DNA of 64,000 bases from NCBI RefSeq assembly GCF_000143415.4, contig NW_003314275.1, positions 1,307,955 to 1,371,954 of the forward strand, given 5' to 3'. Made by a program: the position numbers and the translations under genes. Of this stretch, positions 1 through 11,535 are shown piece by piece. The stretch comes from Selaginella moellendorffii. Taxonomy: Eukaryota > Plantae > Lycopodiophyta. The notes beneath the pieces are model-generated. The model worked only from the letters and a program-made list of their open reading frames with translations. It was not told the DNA's origin and did not search any database. The stretch's first letter is position 1. Each line of letters starts with the position of its first letter.

Positions 1-1057
1 CGAATCCATGAAACGCTCCTGCACTGCACGGAGGGAGTTTTTCAGCAGCTCGAACAACATCTGATGGAGATGAGTGGGAACGTAGCTGCAGGAGAGACAG
101 AACGTTAGAACTTGAGAGCCACGCGATAGCTGCTTGCAAGAATGCAAACATACCCTAAGGAGCACTTACGCGAATGCAAAGTTTGGGTCGCCATAGACGT
201 GCACTTCCGGAGCACTTCCATACGTACGCATGCAGGCCGATCGAGCGTCGTCAATGGCATTCTGCGCGATCAAAACTGGGGAAACGCGGGTGGAAATCAA
301 TCCAATGTAGCCGGGTGCTGGGTTTGGCTGATGCAACGCAACATGCTGGCCTGCAAAAAAAAAATTTCCTTTCAAAGCTCAGCCAAAAATCCTAGGTGCT
401 AGCTAGAAGAGAGAACCACGTACCAATGAGCATACGAATTCCAATTCTCGACATATAAAAGCGGTCAAGAAACTGGTGAATCTCCGGCAGCTCAAGCAAG
501 CCCCCTCTCCTTCCCAGCTCTTCCTTGAGCTCTTGAACTCCCATAGCAACAGTCGGGGTTACGTTGTTGTGGCGAATTTTTATCTGGTGTATCAAGTCTG
601 TGAATTTCATCTCGTCAGCAGCGTCTTGGATCTCCGGAAACGTCCGCAAGTCTTTGAACGAGTCCACATACCAGTCACGCACCTGGAAAGCTTACGTTAT
701 AAGATCATTTTTTTATAGCAATCAAGCAGGAAGAACAAAGAAAACTAGAGACCATACCTTTAGCACGGGAGCTTTCTCTGAGAGACCATAGGGAAGATTG
801 TCCAGCTCCATGACGCGATGCGCAAGCCTCACGGGGAGCTCCTTGTGCAAGAACTGGGAGGAGAGGAGCAAGCTCTTCTCGGTGGGATTCGCTCCAAAAT
901 CCATCATATACTTGAGACTCACGCCCGTCTGCTTCATATTGCTACACTTGTAGATATCATCCACCAGGCTCCTCGACAGCGTCTCGGCGAGGCGCCGGAC
1001 CGCCATATCCGACACGAGAATCCTAGACTGCCGCAAGAAACGAGCTGGAATCACCAT
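1..1057 (-). CDS. PDK: Mitochondrial pyruvate dehydrogenase kinase, 5' part (runs off the window start)
   Basis: Exons 1057-758, 682-424, about 351-153 and <87 with GT-AG borders. Motifs KQTGVSLKYMMDFG, FLHKELPVRLAHRV, FLDRFYMSRIGIRMLIGQH and YVPTHLHQMLFELLKNSLRAV. Confidence 0.95.
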
Positions 1058-1443
1058 CGCGCGAAGAAAATCCCGCCGATTTCCGCTCGCAGCGCCATCC
1101 TAGGAGGGCGATCGAAACTCAAAGGAGCGGGCATTTTCTTGCGCTGGAATTCCTGCTCCTGGTGTTGGCGATCGATGCTCCAGGGCGTGGGCGCCATGCA
1201 TTCCCTATCATTGGCGGCAGCCAAGAACCCTATCCATACCGTCGACGCCCCTGCTAGCCGCTACCTAGAGAGGAGTCCTTGGCAAAAGCTTCTTCTCACA
1301 AACAAACACAGGCCCATCCGCCGGCTCGGCTTGTTCCACGTGTCGAACTGCCGTGCCCATGTACGGCCCACAATCACTGTGGCTGCGACTTATGATTGAA
1401 CGGGATTTTATTTTACATTTCACTTTCCTTCTAGGACAAATTT

Positions 1444-1579
1444 AAATGGTGTGATCAACCAACCATTACTCTTGGTCTTCCTCTTCGGATCTGGAGATAA
1501 ATGGTGTGATCAACCAACCATTAACTTCAAACAAGTTGAAAGCAAGTTCTTCAAAATCTTGGTCTTCCTCTTCGGATCT
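1444..1579. repeat. Short local duplications in the PDK/aspartic protease intergenic region
   Basis: AAATGGTGTGATCAACCAACCATTA at about 1444 and 1499; TCTTGGTCTTCCTCTTCGGATCT at about 1470 and 1557. Confidence 0.8.
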
Positions 1580-1626
1580 TGAGACTGGAGGAGCAAGACT
1601 GGAACGTTTAGCTGGATTCTCAACAA

Positions 1627-2763
1627 ATGGCTCCTTTTCTCATTCTTCTTGTGTTCTTTCTAGAGGTTTCTACTAGCCAGGGGATTAAATTGCCTTTATG
1701 GAGTCTTAGGAAGTTCAATACAACAGAAGTAAATTCTATCCACTTTAATGAAGATGTGGGGGGCTACGTGACTGTGATCACATTCGGGAGTTTGACCAAC
1801 ATGCACAGCCAGCTCATGAACTTTGATTCAGGATCAGATATTTGCTGGGTGCCGATAAGAAGTTACAAACGTCGCCAGCAAGCACTCTCTTGCCAAACCC
1901 AAATCTGTAAGAACATATTTCACGGTGATTGTGATTCTGCAAATAGGTGCAAGTTTGATGTAGCCTACGATAGAGGCAATGCCAGAGGAATCATCATAGA
2001 AGACTCTGTAATCCTCCCAGGAGCTCGTAGCGGCCAGGATTTTGTCCCACAAAACCATTTCTATTTTGGTTTTGCTCAATCTCAGCAGGGTTTAACAGCA
2101 GGGGTGGGCGTTCTTGGCATGAATAGGGGTTCATCGTCATTCATTTCCCAATTCAGGGATGCTCTAGGGGGGAATGTCTTTTCGTTTTGCATGCCGATCG
2201 AAACATCACTTTCAACCATAGCGAATGACGATGAGCAGGAATTTGGGACTTTAACTCTTGGTGATGATGCAAGGCGAGTGAATGGTTTAGCGACGGTTCC
2301 TCTTCGCGAGCGAGAGGAAGACAAAGGCATGTTTTTTGTGACGATTGTCGGCTTGACTATCGATGGTGATTACATCGCAATCGCTCCACAGCTCCTCCTG
2401 ATTGATACCGGTTCTACATTCACAAGCCTAACACCAACAATCTACACTCTCGTCATCCAGAAATTTCAAAACTTGCTACCAGGAAGGAAGAAAGTTATCA
2501 GCCAAGCCATGTGTTTTAGAGCTTGCGATTGTGGCCCGGTTGAAGACATTCCAAAACTAGCTTATCATTTCGATAACGGGGTTCATATGGAATTAGTACC
2601 CCACAACTTATTTGATCGGCAGGGTGATTTCTGGTGTTCTACAATTAGGAAGGGAGAAACCAACATCCTTGGTCTTGCTCATCTGATGAACATTTTGGTT
2701 CTTTTGGATTCTGATAATAGTCTGTTTGGCTTCAAGCGAAATTGTATGGGCTATGCTAAATGA
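1627..2763 (+). CDS. Secreted pepsin-like (A1, nepenthesin/CDR1-type) aspartic protease, intronless
   Basis: Hydrophobic signal peptide, two catalytic motifs FDSGSD and IDTGST, GVLGM, FSFC and the C-terminal LDSDNSLFGFKRNC. Confidence 0.88.
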   Translation: MAPFLILLVFFLEVSTSQGIKLPLWSLRKFNTTEVNSIHFNEDVGGYVTVITFGSLTNMHSQLMNFDSGSDICWVPIRSYKRRQQALSCQTQICKNIFHGDCDSANRCKFDVAYDRGNARGIIIEDSVILPGARSGQDFVPQNHFYFGFAQSQQGLTAGVGVLGMNRGSSSFISQFRDALGGNVFSFCMPIETSLSTIANDDEQEFGTLTLGDDARRVNGLATVPLREREEDKGMFFVTIVGLTIDGDYIAIAPQLLLIDTGSTFTSLTPTIYTLVIQKFQNLLPGRKKVISQAMCFRACDCGPVEDIPKLAYHFDNGVHMELVPHNLFDRQGDFWCSTIRKGETNILGLAHLMNILVLLDSDNSLFGFKRNCMGYAK

Positions 2764-2873
2764 AAGATATAAGATATTTCCTCTTTCCGAGTTATACAAT
2801 AGATTAGCTATATAGATCTCCCTCACCTGTACATTGAGATTACTATACACCAATCTTTCCCCAGCGTAAGCGA

Positions 2874-4381
2874 TCATTGATCGGCTTCGTTTGTTCGCAT
2901 GAATTTGGTGTACTCTTGTTGTATCATCTCTCCGCCATTTGCTGAATCGAAGGTACATTTGTAGAAGCTAGAGCACAAAGAAACAACACTCAGCAATCTA
3001 GAACAGCAAAACATAACAGTACCTGCCGTCTAGTCCCACAATGAGGACCGAGTTCTTCTGTGCTCCAAACGCGACAGTGGCATGAATCTCTTCTGGGAGC
3101 CTGTACTGCGCAAACGACCATTCCGAGCTGAAGTACTTTGGTAGAACACCTGCGACAAAGCCAAACCAGCTTTCCCAGTTAGAAAACTCTGAGAAACTCG
3201 ATCAAAAACCTTGACACAAACCTTTCATAAACGAAAGAGTTGAGCCAGGATTTCCACCGGGAGAGAGCGTTGGCGAGCCGGCAAACGGGCTTGTACACCC
3301 CGATCCCTGACTCCCACTCCTCTCGATGCTTTGAGCTTCAGCCGGCCTCGACTCGTCAGAAGGCGACGGACCCTTAAGTCTGAAAACATGCACGGTACCC
3401 TTGTCACTGGAAACGGCAAGCCATTGAGCGTTGGGCGAGAAGGCAATGCTGAAAATCTGTGCTCTATCTGCTCCTCTCCGCAGCTGGGAAAGCAAAAGTG
3501 AATAGCCGAAGTTATTACCCATCCAAAGAACCAAAAGAAAAGCGTCTTACCTCTTGGAGACGAGTTCCATCCATAGTGTTAAAGATCCGGATGAGCGTCC
3601 CCTTGGTGCTGGCAGTAGCAAGGAGCTTCCCATCCTGCGAGAGACTGAAGCAAGCCAGATTGGAATCGTGCGCCGGGATGAACTTGGTTTTTCTTAGTCC
3701 GTAGTGTTCCACACGAACCTGCCCTTTGTGGAGTCCCGGACAAGCAAGAATCGGCGTCGTGGAGCTCGGGGACAACGCACACAGTCCCTTGCCGTTGGCG
3801 ATCGTCTCAATCTGGTGAAGTAGCTTCAAGTCCACGAAATTGTAAACGTAGATCTTGTGCTCCAGGATCACGACTACCCTGTCCCTGCGCAGCTTCACCC
3901 CTCTCACCTCGGACCTGAATGCAAGCTCCCCAATGCAGCGGCCCTGGTGATCGTCCCAGATCATGACTTTGGTCGGAGGGTAGCGAGGGATCGGCCCACC
4001 GCCCACGATCGCGAGGATATTGCACCTAAAGAGCATCTCTACGAGCGCAATCCCTGCGTTTGGTACCTCTCGCCGGAACGTCTCCTTGAAGGGATCGCAA
4101 TTGTAGATCCGGAAGCCCGTGTTTGTGCCGCACGCGAAACAGCCATAGTCCTGGTTGAATGCGGCCGAGATGAGAAGCTTGGGGGCACTTGCCTGATCTT
4201 GAGGGCCGGCGCCGGCGCTAGGGTCAGAAGAATCCGTGTGCTCTACTGCTACTCCTGCTGCTGCTACCTGCGCCGGCGGCATCGGCGGCTCCTCATCGCG
4301 AGATTGCTGCTGCTGTGGCGCCACCGGGTGATGATCGCCTGCCGGGAGCGCGACACCGAGGCCGTTCGAGACGAGCGCCAT
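2874..4381 (-). CDS. ATG18: Autophagy PROPPIN/WIPI WD40 protein ATG18a-like
   Basis: [23 protein letters not shown] and [14 protein letters not shown]; the LRRG phosphoinositide motif opens exon 2. Four exons; last exon SFYKCTFD...EADQ* ends at 2874. Confidence 0.95.
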
Positions 4382-4587
4382 GCCCGGGCCCCTGCGTTAA
4401 CCCTAACCCTAATTCTCAGAACGCCTCCCTGTACCTTTATCAAAGCAAAAATTTAGGCATGTTTGAAGATCCACTTACATTTTCCCCTTTTTAAACATGA
4501 AAAAGATCGTAAATGCATTCGCGTCGACAAAAGAGCTAAAAACTAAGAATTCGAATATATAATTGAAATAACAAAATAATAAAACAA

Positions 4588-5466
4588 TTATGCGGCAGCC
4601 ATGATGCCCCAAAAATACGTCCTTACATTTTCTGGAGTCCGCTGCCTCTTCCATGTCACAGTTTTATGCTCCCAATCAATAGTACCTCTAAAGAGCCCAT
4701 GACAGTGACGCTTCGTAGCAAACACCACAGGAGCATAGCGCATCCCTTGCAACCTAAAAATCCACGATTTTTCTTGATCTAAAACTCCTGGAAGTTCCTC
4801 AAATTCTTCCCATTGTTTAGCTTCCTCATTGTAATAGCGAAGGTTTCCAGACTGTACAACAACCACCTTCCCTTGAACCATAGTCATCTTTGCACCATAG
4901 TGCTTAAACTCTTTAGGGAGGTCAGCATAAAGCTCTGCCCAGGAATTCTGACCTGCATTGTAATACCTCAATTCTCTACTTTCATATAAGCCAATCACAC
5001 GATCTGCCCCGTTCGAGATCACATTTGTAATTATCCCTAATGTATCTAAACCAGCCACACGTCCAATTTTTACCCACTTGTCTTCACGTGCTGAGTATAC
5101 CTGAGTCTTGTTTACTCCAAAGGCATGAATTGTATCTTCATCAACTGTAGCATAATACTGCTGACCTGGCTTCATGAAAGCTGTTGAGATTGTTGTCCAC
5201 TTGAGGCCATCATCTTTCAGGTTCATTTTGTAAAGGGCTGGCCGTCCTGGGTTTGGAGGGCACTTTTGAGGATATTTCCGCATCCCCCGTACAGGAACCA
5301 ACTTCACTACGAAGACATGGAGATTACCGCCTGCAGAAGCATGAATTGCAGCCACACGCTCATCTGCTTCTAGTTGCACTTGCTCCAATTCTGTCCATGT
5401 TTCTGTTTCAATATCAAGATGTAAGATGCGCACATCATCGTCATGAAACAGCAAAATCAAACCCAT
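4588..5466 (-). CDS. Kelch-like beta-propeller protein, copy 1 (no F-box seen)
   Basis: 292-aa ORF with repeated YY/VY-x(5)-W blade ends (YYNAGQNSW, YYNEEAKQW, VYSAREDKW); near-identical paralog at 7277-8155. Confidence 0.65.
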   Translation of the reverse strand: MGLILLFHDDDVRILHLDIETETWTELEQVQLEADERVAAIHASAGGNLHVFVVKLVPVRGMRKYPQKCPPNPGRPALYKMNLKDDGLKWTTISTAFMKPGQQYYATVDEDTIHAFGVNKTQVYSAREDKWVKIGRVAGLDTLGIITNVISNGADRVIGLYESRELRYYNAGQNSWAELYADLPKEFKHYGAKMTMVQGKVVVVQSGNLRYYNEEAKQWEEFEELPGVLDQEKSWIFRLQGMRYAPVVFATKRHCHGLFRGTIDWEHKTVTWKRQRTPENVRTYFWGIMAAA

Positions 5467-5841
5467 TCCTAGGACTTACCCTAAGGATTGTTGCCCTTAA
5501 ATATATGGAAGTCTAAAAGTATAAACTATAAATCGAATATGCTAATATCCTTATCCCCAAAACTTAAGTAAAACCGACATGAAGCACAGGAAACACAGAC
5601 AATAAGAAAAGAGATAGAATTGGAGCCAGTAGTAGATCCGGAAAACAGCCATTAGGGAGAATCCGTGACCAGGATTTCGGCTGGCGTGCGGAGACTACCG
5701 ATCAATCTAAAACCCAAGGAAATAATGCAGCGATCGATCGAGCGTCCACTCCAAGAAAGAAACCCTTTCCTCTATACCCACATTCTGCTGGATTGGAGTG
5801 ATACGAGCTGAGTACCGGAGAATATGTTCCCTGACGCTCCA

Positions 5842-6004
5842 TCCGCTCGCAGTGCGATGGCGATCCACATTGCATTTTCTTGTGCTGGAATCTAGCGCAT
5901 ACTTGTTGTAGCCGGTGATCGATGCTCCAGGCCGTGGCATTCCGGTGGCGGCAGCCAAGAGCCAAAAGCCACAGCGGATCCGCTGGCTCGGCTTGTTCCA
6001 CGTG
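5842..6004. repeat. Deleted, degenerate copy of the PDK upstream region (1082-1342)
   Basis: Collinear shared blocks CCGCTCGCAG, GCATTTTCTTGYGCTGGAAT, GATCGATGCTCCAGG, TGGCGGCAGCCAAGA and GGCTCGGCTTGTTCCACGTG. Confidence 0.75.
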
Positions 6005-6013
6005 CCTTCATGT

Positions 6014-6571
6014 TCACAAAGCGAAGCGGCACCCTTCTTCAGATTCGGAAGACGCTTCCACTGGAAGAAGAAGTTCCTTAGGCTGCTCAGCTTGAGACAT
6101 GCCAAGGAGCTCCTTGTCATGCTTCTGTAGCATCACCTGGCCACCCGACACTCCTGCCGGCCACTTGATGTCAACCTTGTTCATGAAATACGGGTATCAC
6201 CCAACCCCCTCCACAGCAGCCCAGTCGAAGCCAGTGAATTTGACCTCAACTTGCCTGCTGGAATAACTGACCCTCACCATCACGTTCATGTCTCTAATGT
6301 CTCCATGCACCCCAATGTCACCTGAGGGCATGACTGGGATTCTGTGTGCTTTGTCTAGCATCTTGAGCACCTCGGCCCGCAACTCTTGTGCCTGCTGGTG
6401 CCCATGAAGCAGATGCCAGTCCTCCCCTAGGTACTCTATCTTCACTTGCAACCATCCTCCAGGAAGCTGGTCCATGTTGTATAGCTGAGGAGCCAGCCTA
6501 ACCTCTTCAGCTGCCCAAGCCCTGTGCATAGCTTCCCTGTAAGAACCTTGAGTGTACTTGATGACCATGTC
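6014..6571 (-). pseudogene. Crinkler/fungal-type protein-kinase-like domain fragment
   Basis: VIKYT..Y...HRAWA...LAPQL....LPGGWLQVKIEYL, VHGDIRDMNVMV and FTGFDWA. After an in-frame TGA at 6197-6199 the frame continues YPYFMNKVDIKWPAGVSGGQVMLQKHD. Confidence 0.7.
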
Positions 6572-7276
6572 CTGGATGAGAAAAACCAATGTTTTTACAC
6601 TTTTCCAATGGCTAATCTATTTATTATTTTGCCCAAAATCCATTTCATTTTCGTAAACTAATACAAATTCCATAACAAATAACAAGTTAGATCTATAAGC
6701 AATAATTAAAGGCCATTATTCATCCATGCTTGTAGAGTTTGCAAGTTATGTAGTTGAACTTTATGCTGGAATAGGTGGTACTTCTGGAGAAAAGATCTAC
6801 CATAGACCAATCTATCCTTCTAAGCTTGTTTTGGTGGCATATTATAATTTTGCATGTAATCTGGTTTTGAGATTGAGTCTTTGTAGTAGTCGTACAAGCC
6901 AGCAAGCCAATACAGCAGTAGTTAGTCCCCTTTGATCATCACTTTCCATGCTCCAATGTATATATAAAACAACTTGACAGAATGTGGTTGCTAAAGATTT
7001 TGAGCTTCACCAATCGTGTTTTGGAGTGTTCATTTCCAGGAGCTGAATGCAATGGTACCACAGGATCTTTATTGATAAGGCATGGTCTCATGCCTCCAGC
7101 TCAGCACTAATGACCTCTATAAACATGTATACACTGGATAATACTTAGCAATGATCTCACACGACAATTCGTTTTCGTTTCCAAACTCCTCTGGAAGAAC
7201 ATGAAAAAAGATCATAGTTCCAGTCAAAAGAGTTTTAAGATTTGAAGAATATATATATTTTTTTGAAATTAAAAAT

Positions 7277-8155
7277 TTATGCGGCAGCCATGATGCCAAT
7301 AAAATACGTCTTTACATTTTCTGGAATCCGCTGCTTCTTCCATGTCACAGTTTTGTGCTCCCAATCAATAGTACCTCTAAAGAGCCCATGACAGTGACGC
7401 TTCGTAGCAAACACCACAGGAGCATAGCGCATCCCTTGCAACCTAAAAATCCACGATTTTTCTTGATCTAAAACTCCTGGAAGTTCCTCAAATTCTTCCC
7501 ATTGTTTAGCTTCCTCATTGTAATAGCGAAGGTTTCCAAACTGTACAACAACCACCTTCCCTTGAACCATAGTCATCTTTGCACCATAGTGCTTAAACTC
7601 TTTAGGGAGGTCAGCATAAAGCTCTGCCCAGGAATTTTGACCTGCATTGTAATACCTCAATTCTCTACTTTCATATAAGCCAATCACACGATCTGCCCCG
7701 TTCGAGATCACATTCGTAATTATCCCTAATGTATCTAAACCAGCCACACGTCCAATTTTTACCCACTTGTCTTCACTTGCTGAGTATACCTGAGTCTTGT
7801 TTACTCCAAAGGCATGAATTGTATCTTCATCAACTGTAGCATAATACTGCTGACCTGGCTTCATGAAAGCTGTTGAGATTGTTGTCCACTTGAGGCCATC
7901 ATCTTTCAAATTCATTTTGTAAAGGGCTGGCCGTCCTGGGTTTGGAGGGCACTTTTGAGGATATTTCCGCATCCCCCATACAGGAACCAACTTGACTATG
8001 AAGACATGGAGATTACCGCCTGCAGAAGCATGAATTGCAGCAACACGCTCATCTGCTTCTAGTTGCACTTGCTCCAATTCTGTCCATGTTTCTGTTTCAA
8101 TATCAAGATGTAAGATGCGGATATCATCGTCATGAAACAGCAAAATCAAACCCAT
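7277..8155 (-). CDS. Kelch-like beta-propeller protein, copy 2
   Basis: 292 aa, differing from copy 1 at roughly ten residues; upstream flank also duplicated. Confidence 0.65.
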   Translation of the reverse strand: MGLILLFHDDDIRILHLDIETETWTELEQVQLEADERVAAIHASAGGNLHVFIVKLVPVWGMRKYPQKCPPNPGRPALYKMNLKDDGLKWTTISTAFMKPGQQYYATVDEDTIHAFGVNKTQVYSASEDKWVKIGRVAGLDTLGIITNVISNGADRVIGLYESRELRYYNAGQNSWAELYADLPKEFKHYGAKMTMVQGKVVVVQFGNLRYYNEEAKQWEEFEELPGVLDQEKSWIFRLQGMRYAPVVFATKRHCHGLFRGTIDWEHKTVTWKKQRIPENVKTYFIGIMAAA

Positions 8156-8478
8156 TCCTAGGACTTACCCTAAGGATTGTTGCCCTAAAGTCTTTTAATG
8201 GGCTTAAGAATATTCTCAGGATGAAGATAAAGGTTGTAATTTTTAAAACTATAAATCGAATATGCCAATATCCTTATCCGCATCCACCAAATATCGGACG
8301 GTCACGTGACGGTGACGTATTTTCAGACCTTCAACAGCCCGTCAACCCGTCAACCAGGTCGGGTTTGTGTGATATTAAACACAGATTAGTGCTAATTGCC
8401 ATACATTTTGGAGCAACAGAGGAGCTAGGTTGAGAGACGAGAGCTTTCGCTGTTAGAGAGGAGCCTTGGGAGCGCGCG

Positions 8479-11400
8479 ATGGGAGCGGTCGATGGAATCC
8501 AGGGTATTCGTCGCGGCTACAAGGTGTCGCTGCCGCCAGCGCTCGAGGTATGCCTTTTCGTGGCGAAATCGGGTGTTTCCGGAATTGCATTTGCCGGATT
8601 CTTGATCTTTCGTGTTCTTGGGAGCATCTAGTCATGCGCATTGCTGCCGCATGTAGATTTCGTCCGGAACTGCGTGAATCTTGGAAGATTTTTCTCCTGT
8701 CCTTGTCTTGGTGCTTTTGCCTGCGAGAAATTTCTTTTTCTTCTTTTAATTCGCGGCCTTTTCGGAAAAAACTTGGATGATTGATCTGCAGGCTCCCAAC
8801 GTCCAGCTTGTCTGTGGAGATGCCACCACTGCCATGGATGCGTCAGACGCGCTGGCTATCCAGAGATCGTTCTCGCTCACTTATGGGCAACCTCTAGTGC
8901 ATTTGCTTCCAGGCAAGAAATCCACTGGCGAGAAGAAGCTATCGCCACTAAGGTCTGTGGTTTTTTTTTTTTTTCTTGTTTTGTTTCAAGGATGAGCTGT
9001 GTGATGCTTTTGCTGGCAGGGTGGGAGTCGTCTTTTGCGGACGGCAATCCCCAGGAGGACATAACATTGTTGCTGGCCTCTTTGATGCATTGAAGGCTCA
9101 CAACCCAGACAACGTCCTGATTGGAATCGTTGGTATGGATGTCCAGAGTTTTTTTTATCATGTCCTTGTCCTCAAGCTTGAATTTAGGTGGCACTGATGG
9201 ACTCTTCGCCCAAAAGTCTGTGGAGATCACTGCGGATGTGCTTGCTGTTTATCGTAACCAAGGTAGAAACATTTTCGATACAAGCAAGGGAGTTTGAAAG
9301 GTTTTCTTCTTTTTGTTCAGGTGGCTACGACCTTCTTGGGCGGACCAAGGATCAGATCAAGTCTGTGCAGCAGGTGGATGATGCAAGGGCAGCTTGCGAA
9401 GCTATGAAGCTGGACGGCATCGTTTTGATTGGAGGCAAGTTTTGCCAACGTCGAACGGATGACTGTGGGAGCTAATAACACGAGATTGTTGGCTGCAGGT
9501 TGTGGAACGAGCACGGATGCTGCTCATCTCGCTGAAAACTTTGCTGCAACGGAGTGTCGCACAAAGGTGGCAACGTAAAACATAATAATGTAGTGCGGCT
9601 AGATCCTTGCTTCGCAGGTTATCGCGGTGCCTGCCACTATCGATGGAGACTTGAAAAATCCGTTTGTTGAGACGGATGTGGGCTTTGACACTGTTTGCAA
9701 GGTGCAGCAGATCTTGCGGAGACTTCTTGCTTGCATTTCTAATATGTTTTGGTGCAGGTCAACTCTCAGCTCATCAGCAACATAAGCACTGATGCGCTAT
9801 CAGCAGAGAAGGTTGTTTTCCTTGCAACTGCAATCATGGTTTACTTGCTCGTGATGCTTTTCAGTATTACTACTTCATCAGGCTGATGGGACGCCGAGCA
9901 TCTCACGTCTCACTGGAATGTGCGTTGCAGTCGCATCCGAATATGGTATGTCTGTGTTTTGGACGAAATATTGGATCTGATTCAGCTCTTTTGCAGGTGA
10001 TTCTAGGAGAGGAAGTTGCCACGTCTAAAATGACACTTTTCGACGTTACAAAGCAAATCTGTGATGCTATTCAAGCCCGAGCAGAGCATGGTCAGTTTTC
10101 GCTGAAAGGTTTTATTGCTATTTGGTCAATTTACGAGGTGTTTTTTTCCAGAAAAGTACCATGGAGTCATCCTTCTGCCGGAGGGTCTCATTGAGAGTAT
10201 CCCTGAAGTATATGCGCTCTTGCAGGTAGATGTTGGTGTACAGCATTGGAGCAATGATTTGAGTTGCGATGTATTTTTTATGGTTAGGAAATCCATGGCC
10301 TTCAAAAGCAGGATATTGAGGTCGAGCACATTCCAACTCGTCTCAGTCCCTGGGCGTCCGCACTTTTCGAGTTTCTGCCACCATTCATCAAAAAGCAGGT
10401 CAAACAACAGTTTTCTCTCCTTTTCCTTTTCTCTCTTGTCTGATATGAACCTTTTTTTTTGCAGTTTCTTTTGGACAGGGAATCCGACGATTCTGTCCAG
10501 CTTTCGCAGGTGTGCACCACTGTGTTTTGCAATATCTAAAAGCTAACAAAATATAGCTATTCTATTTTGCAGATAGAAACGGAAAAACTGTTGTGTCAGC
10601 TTGTTGAGACAGAGATGACAAGGAGAACGGTATTCTAGTGCTAAGTTTGACGCGCACACTCACTCAATACATTTTTCATGATCACAGAAAGCTGGCAGTT
10701 ACAAAGGAAAGAAGTTCAACGGTATCTGCCATTTCTTCGGATACCAAGCTCGAGGATCGTTGCCTTCCAATTTTGATTGCACCTACGCAAACGTAAGCTC
10801 TTTGTGTGCTTTCTTTGTGAAGAGCTTCACACTCTGTTTCTGCAGGCTCTTGGACACATAGCATTTCACTTGGCAAGCGCCGGACTGAATGGCTATATGG
10901 CGACGGTGACGAACTTGAAGGAATCTGTCGACCAATGGAGGTGTGGCGGAGCACCAATCACTGTAAGTCTAGACTTAACGAAAATTCTCGCGTAACAAGC
11001 ACGGGTTTTTCTACGCAGGCGATGATGTCTGTCAAGCGGTGGCAAAGGGGCCCGGGAGTCTCACAGATAGGAAAGCCGGCTGTGCACTCAGCTAGAGTGG
11101 ACCTTAAGGGAAAGCCATACGAGTAAGTGTTTTTAGAAGATCTTCATTTGCAAGATTGTTTCTCAAAATCTCCTCGCAGGTTACTGTCGCAAAACGCGTC
11201 AGCGCTCCTCATGGATGATCTATACCGGAATCCGGGACCGCTCCAGTTTGACGGGCCTGGAGCCGATCTAAAGACCATCACTCTGTCCGTGGAGGATCGA
11301 GACTACATTGGCAGGATCCAGGAGCTCCGGAGCTACCTTGACAAGGTACGTCCATTCTTTAAAGTTTCTAGTCTATAAGATACCATGCTTTGGATCATCC

Positions 11401-11535
11401 AAACAGGTGAAAGATATCATCAAGCCTGGTTGCCCGGAGGAGATCCTCAAGGCCGCATTGAGCTCCATGGCATCAGTGACGGAAGTTCTATCCGTGATGT
11501 CCTCGCCGGGCTATCGCAACCTGACACCATTTTAA
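8479..11535 (+). CDS. PFP-ALPHA: Pyrophosphate:fructose-6-phosphate 1-phosphotransferase, alpha subunit
   Basis: Many short introns. Motifs [61 protein letters not shown] and [15 protein letters not shown]. First exon [23 protein letters not shown]. Confidence 0.95.

Noticed and set aside
4398-4412. Telomeric repeat (also at about 27739 and 41950)
   Set aside because: Only two or three TTAGGG-like units; better read as telo-box-like motifs than as interstitial telomere.
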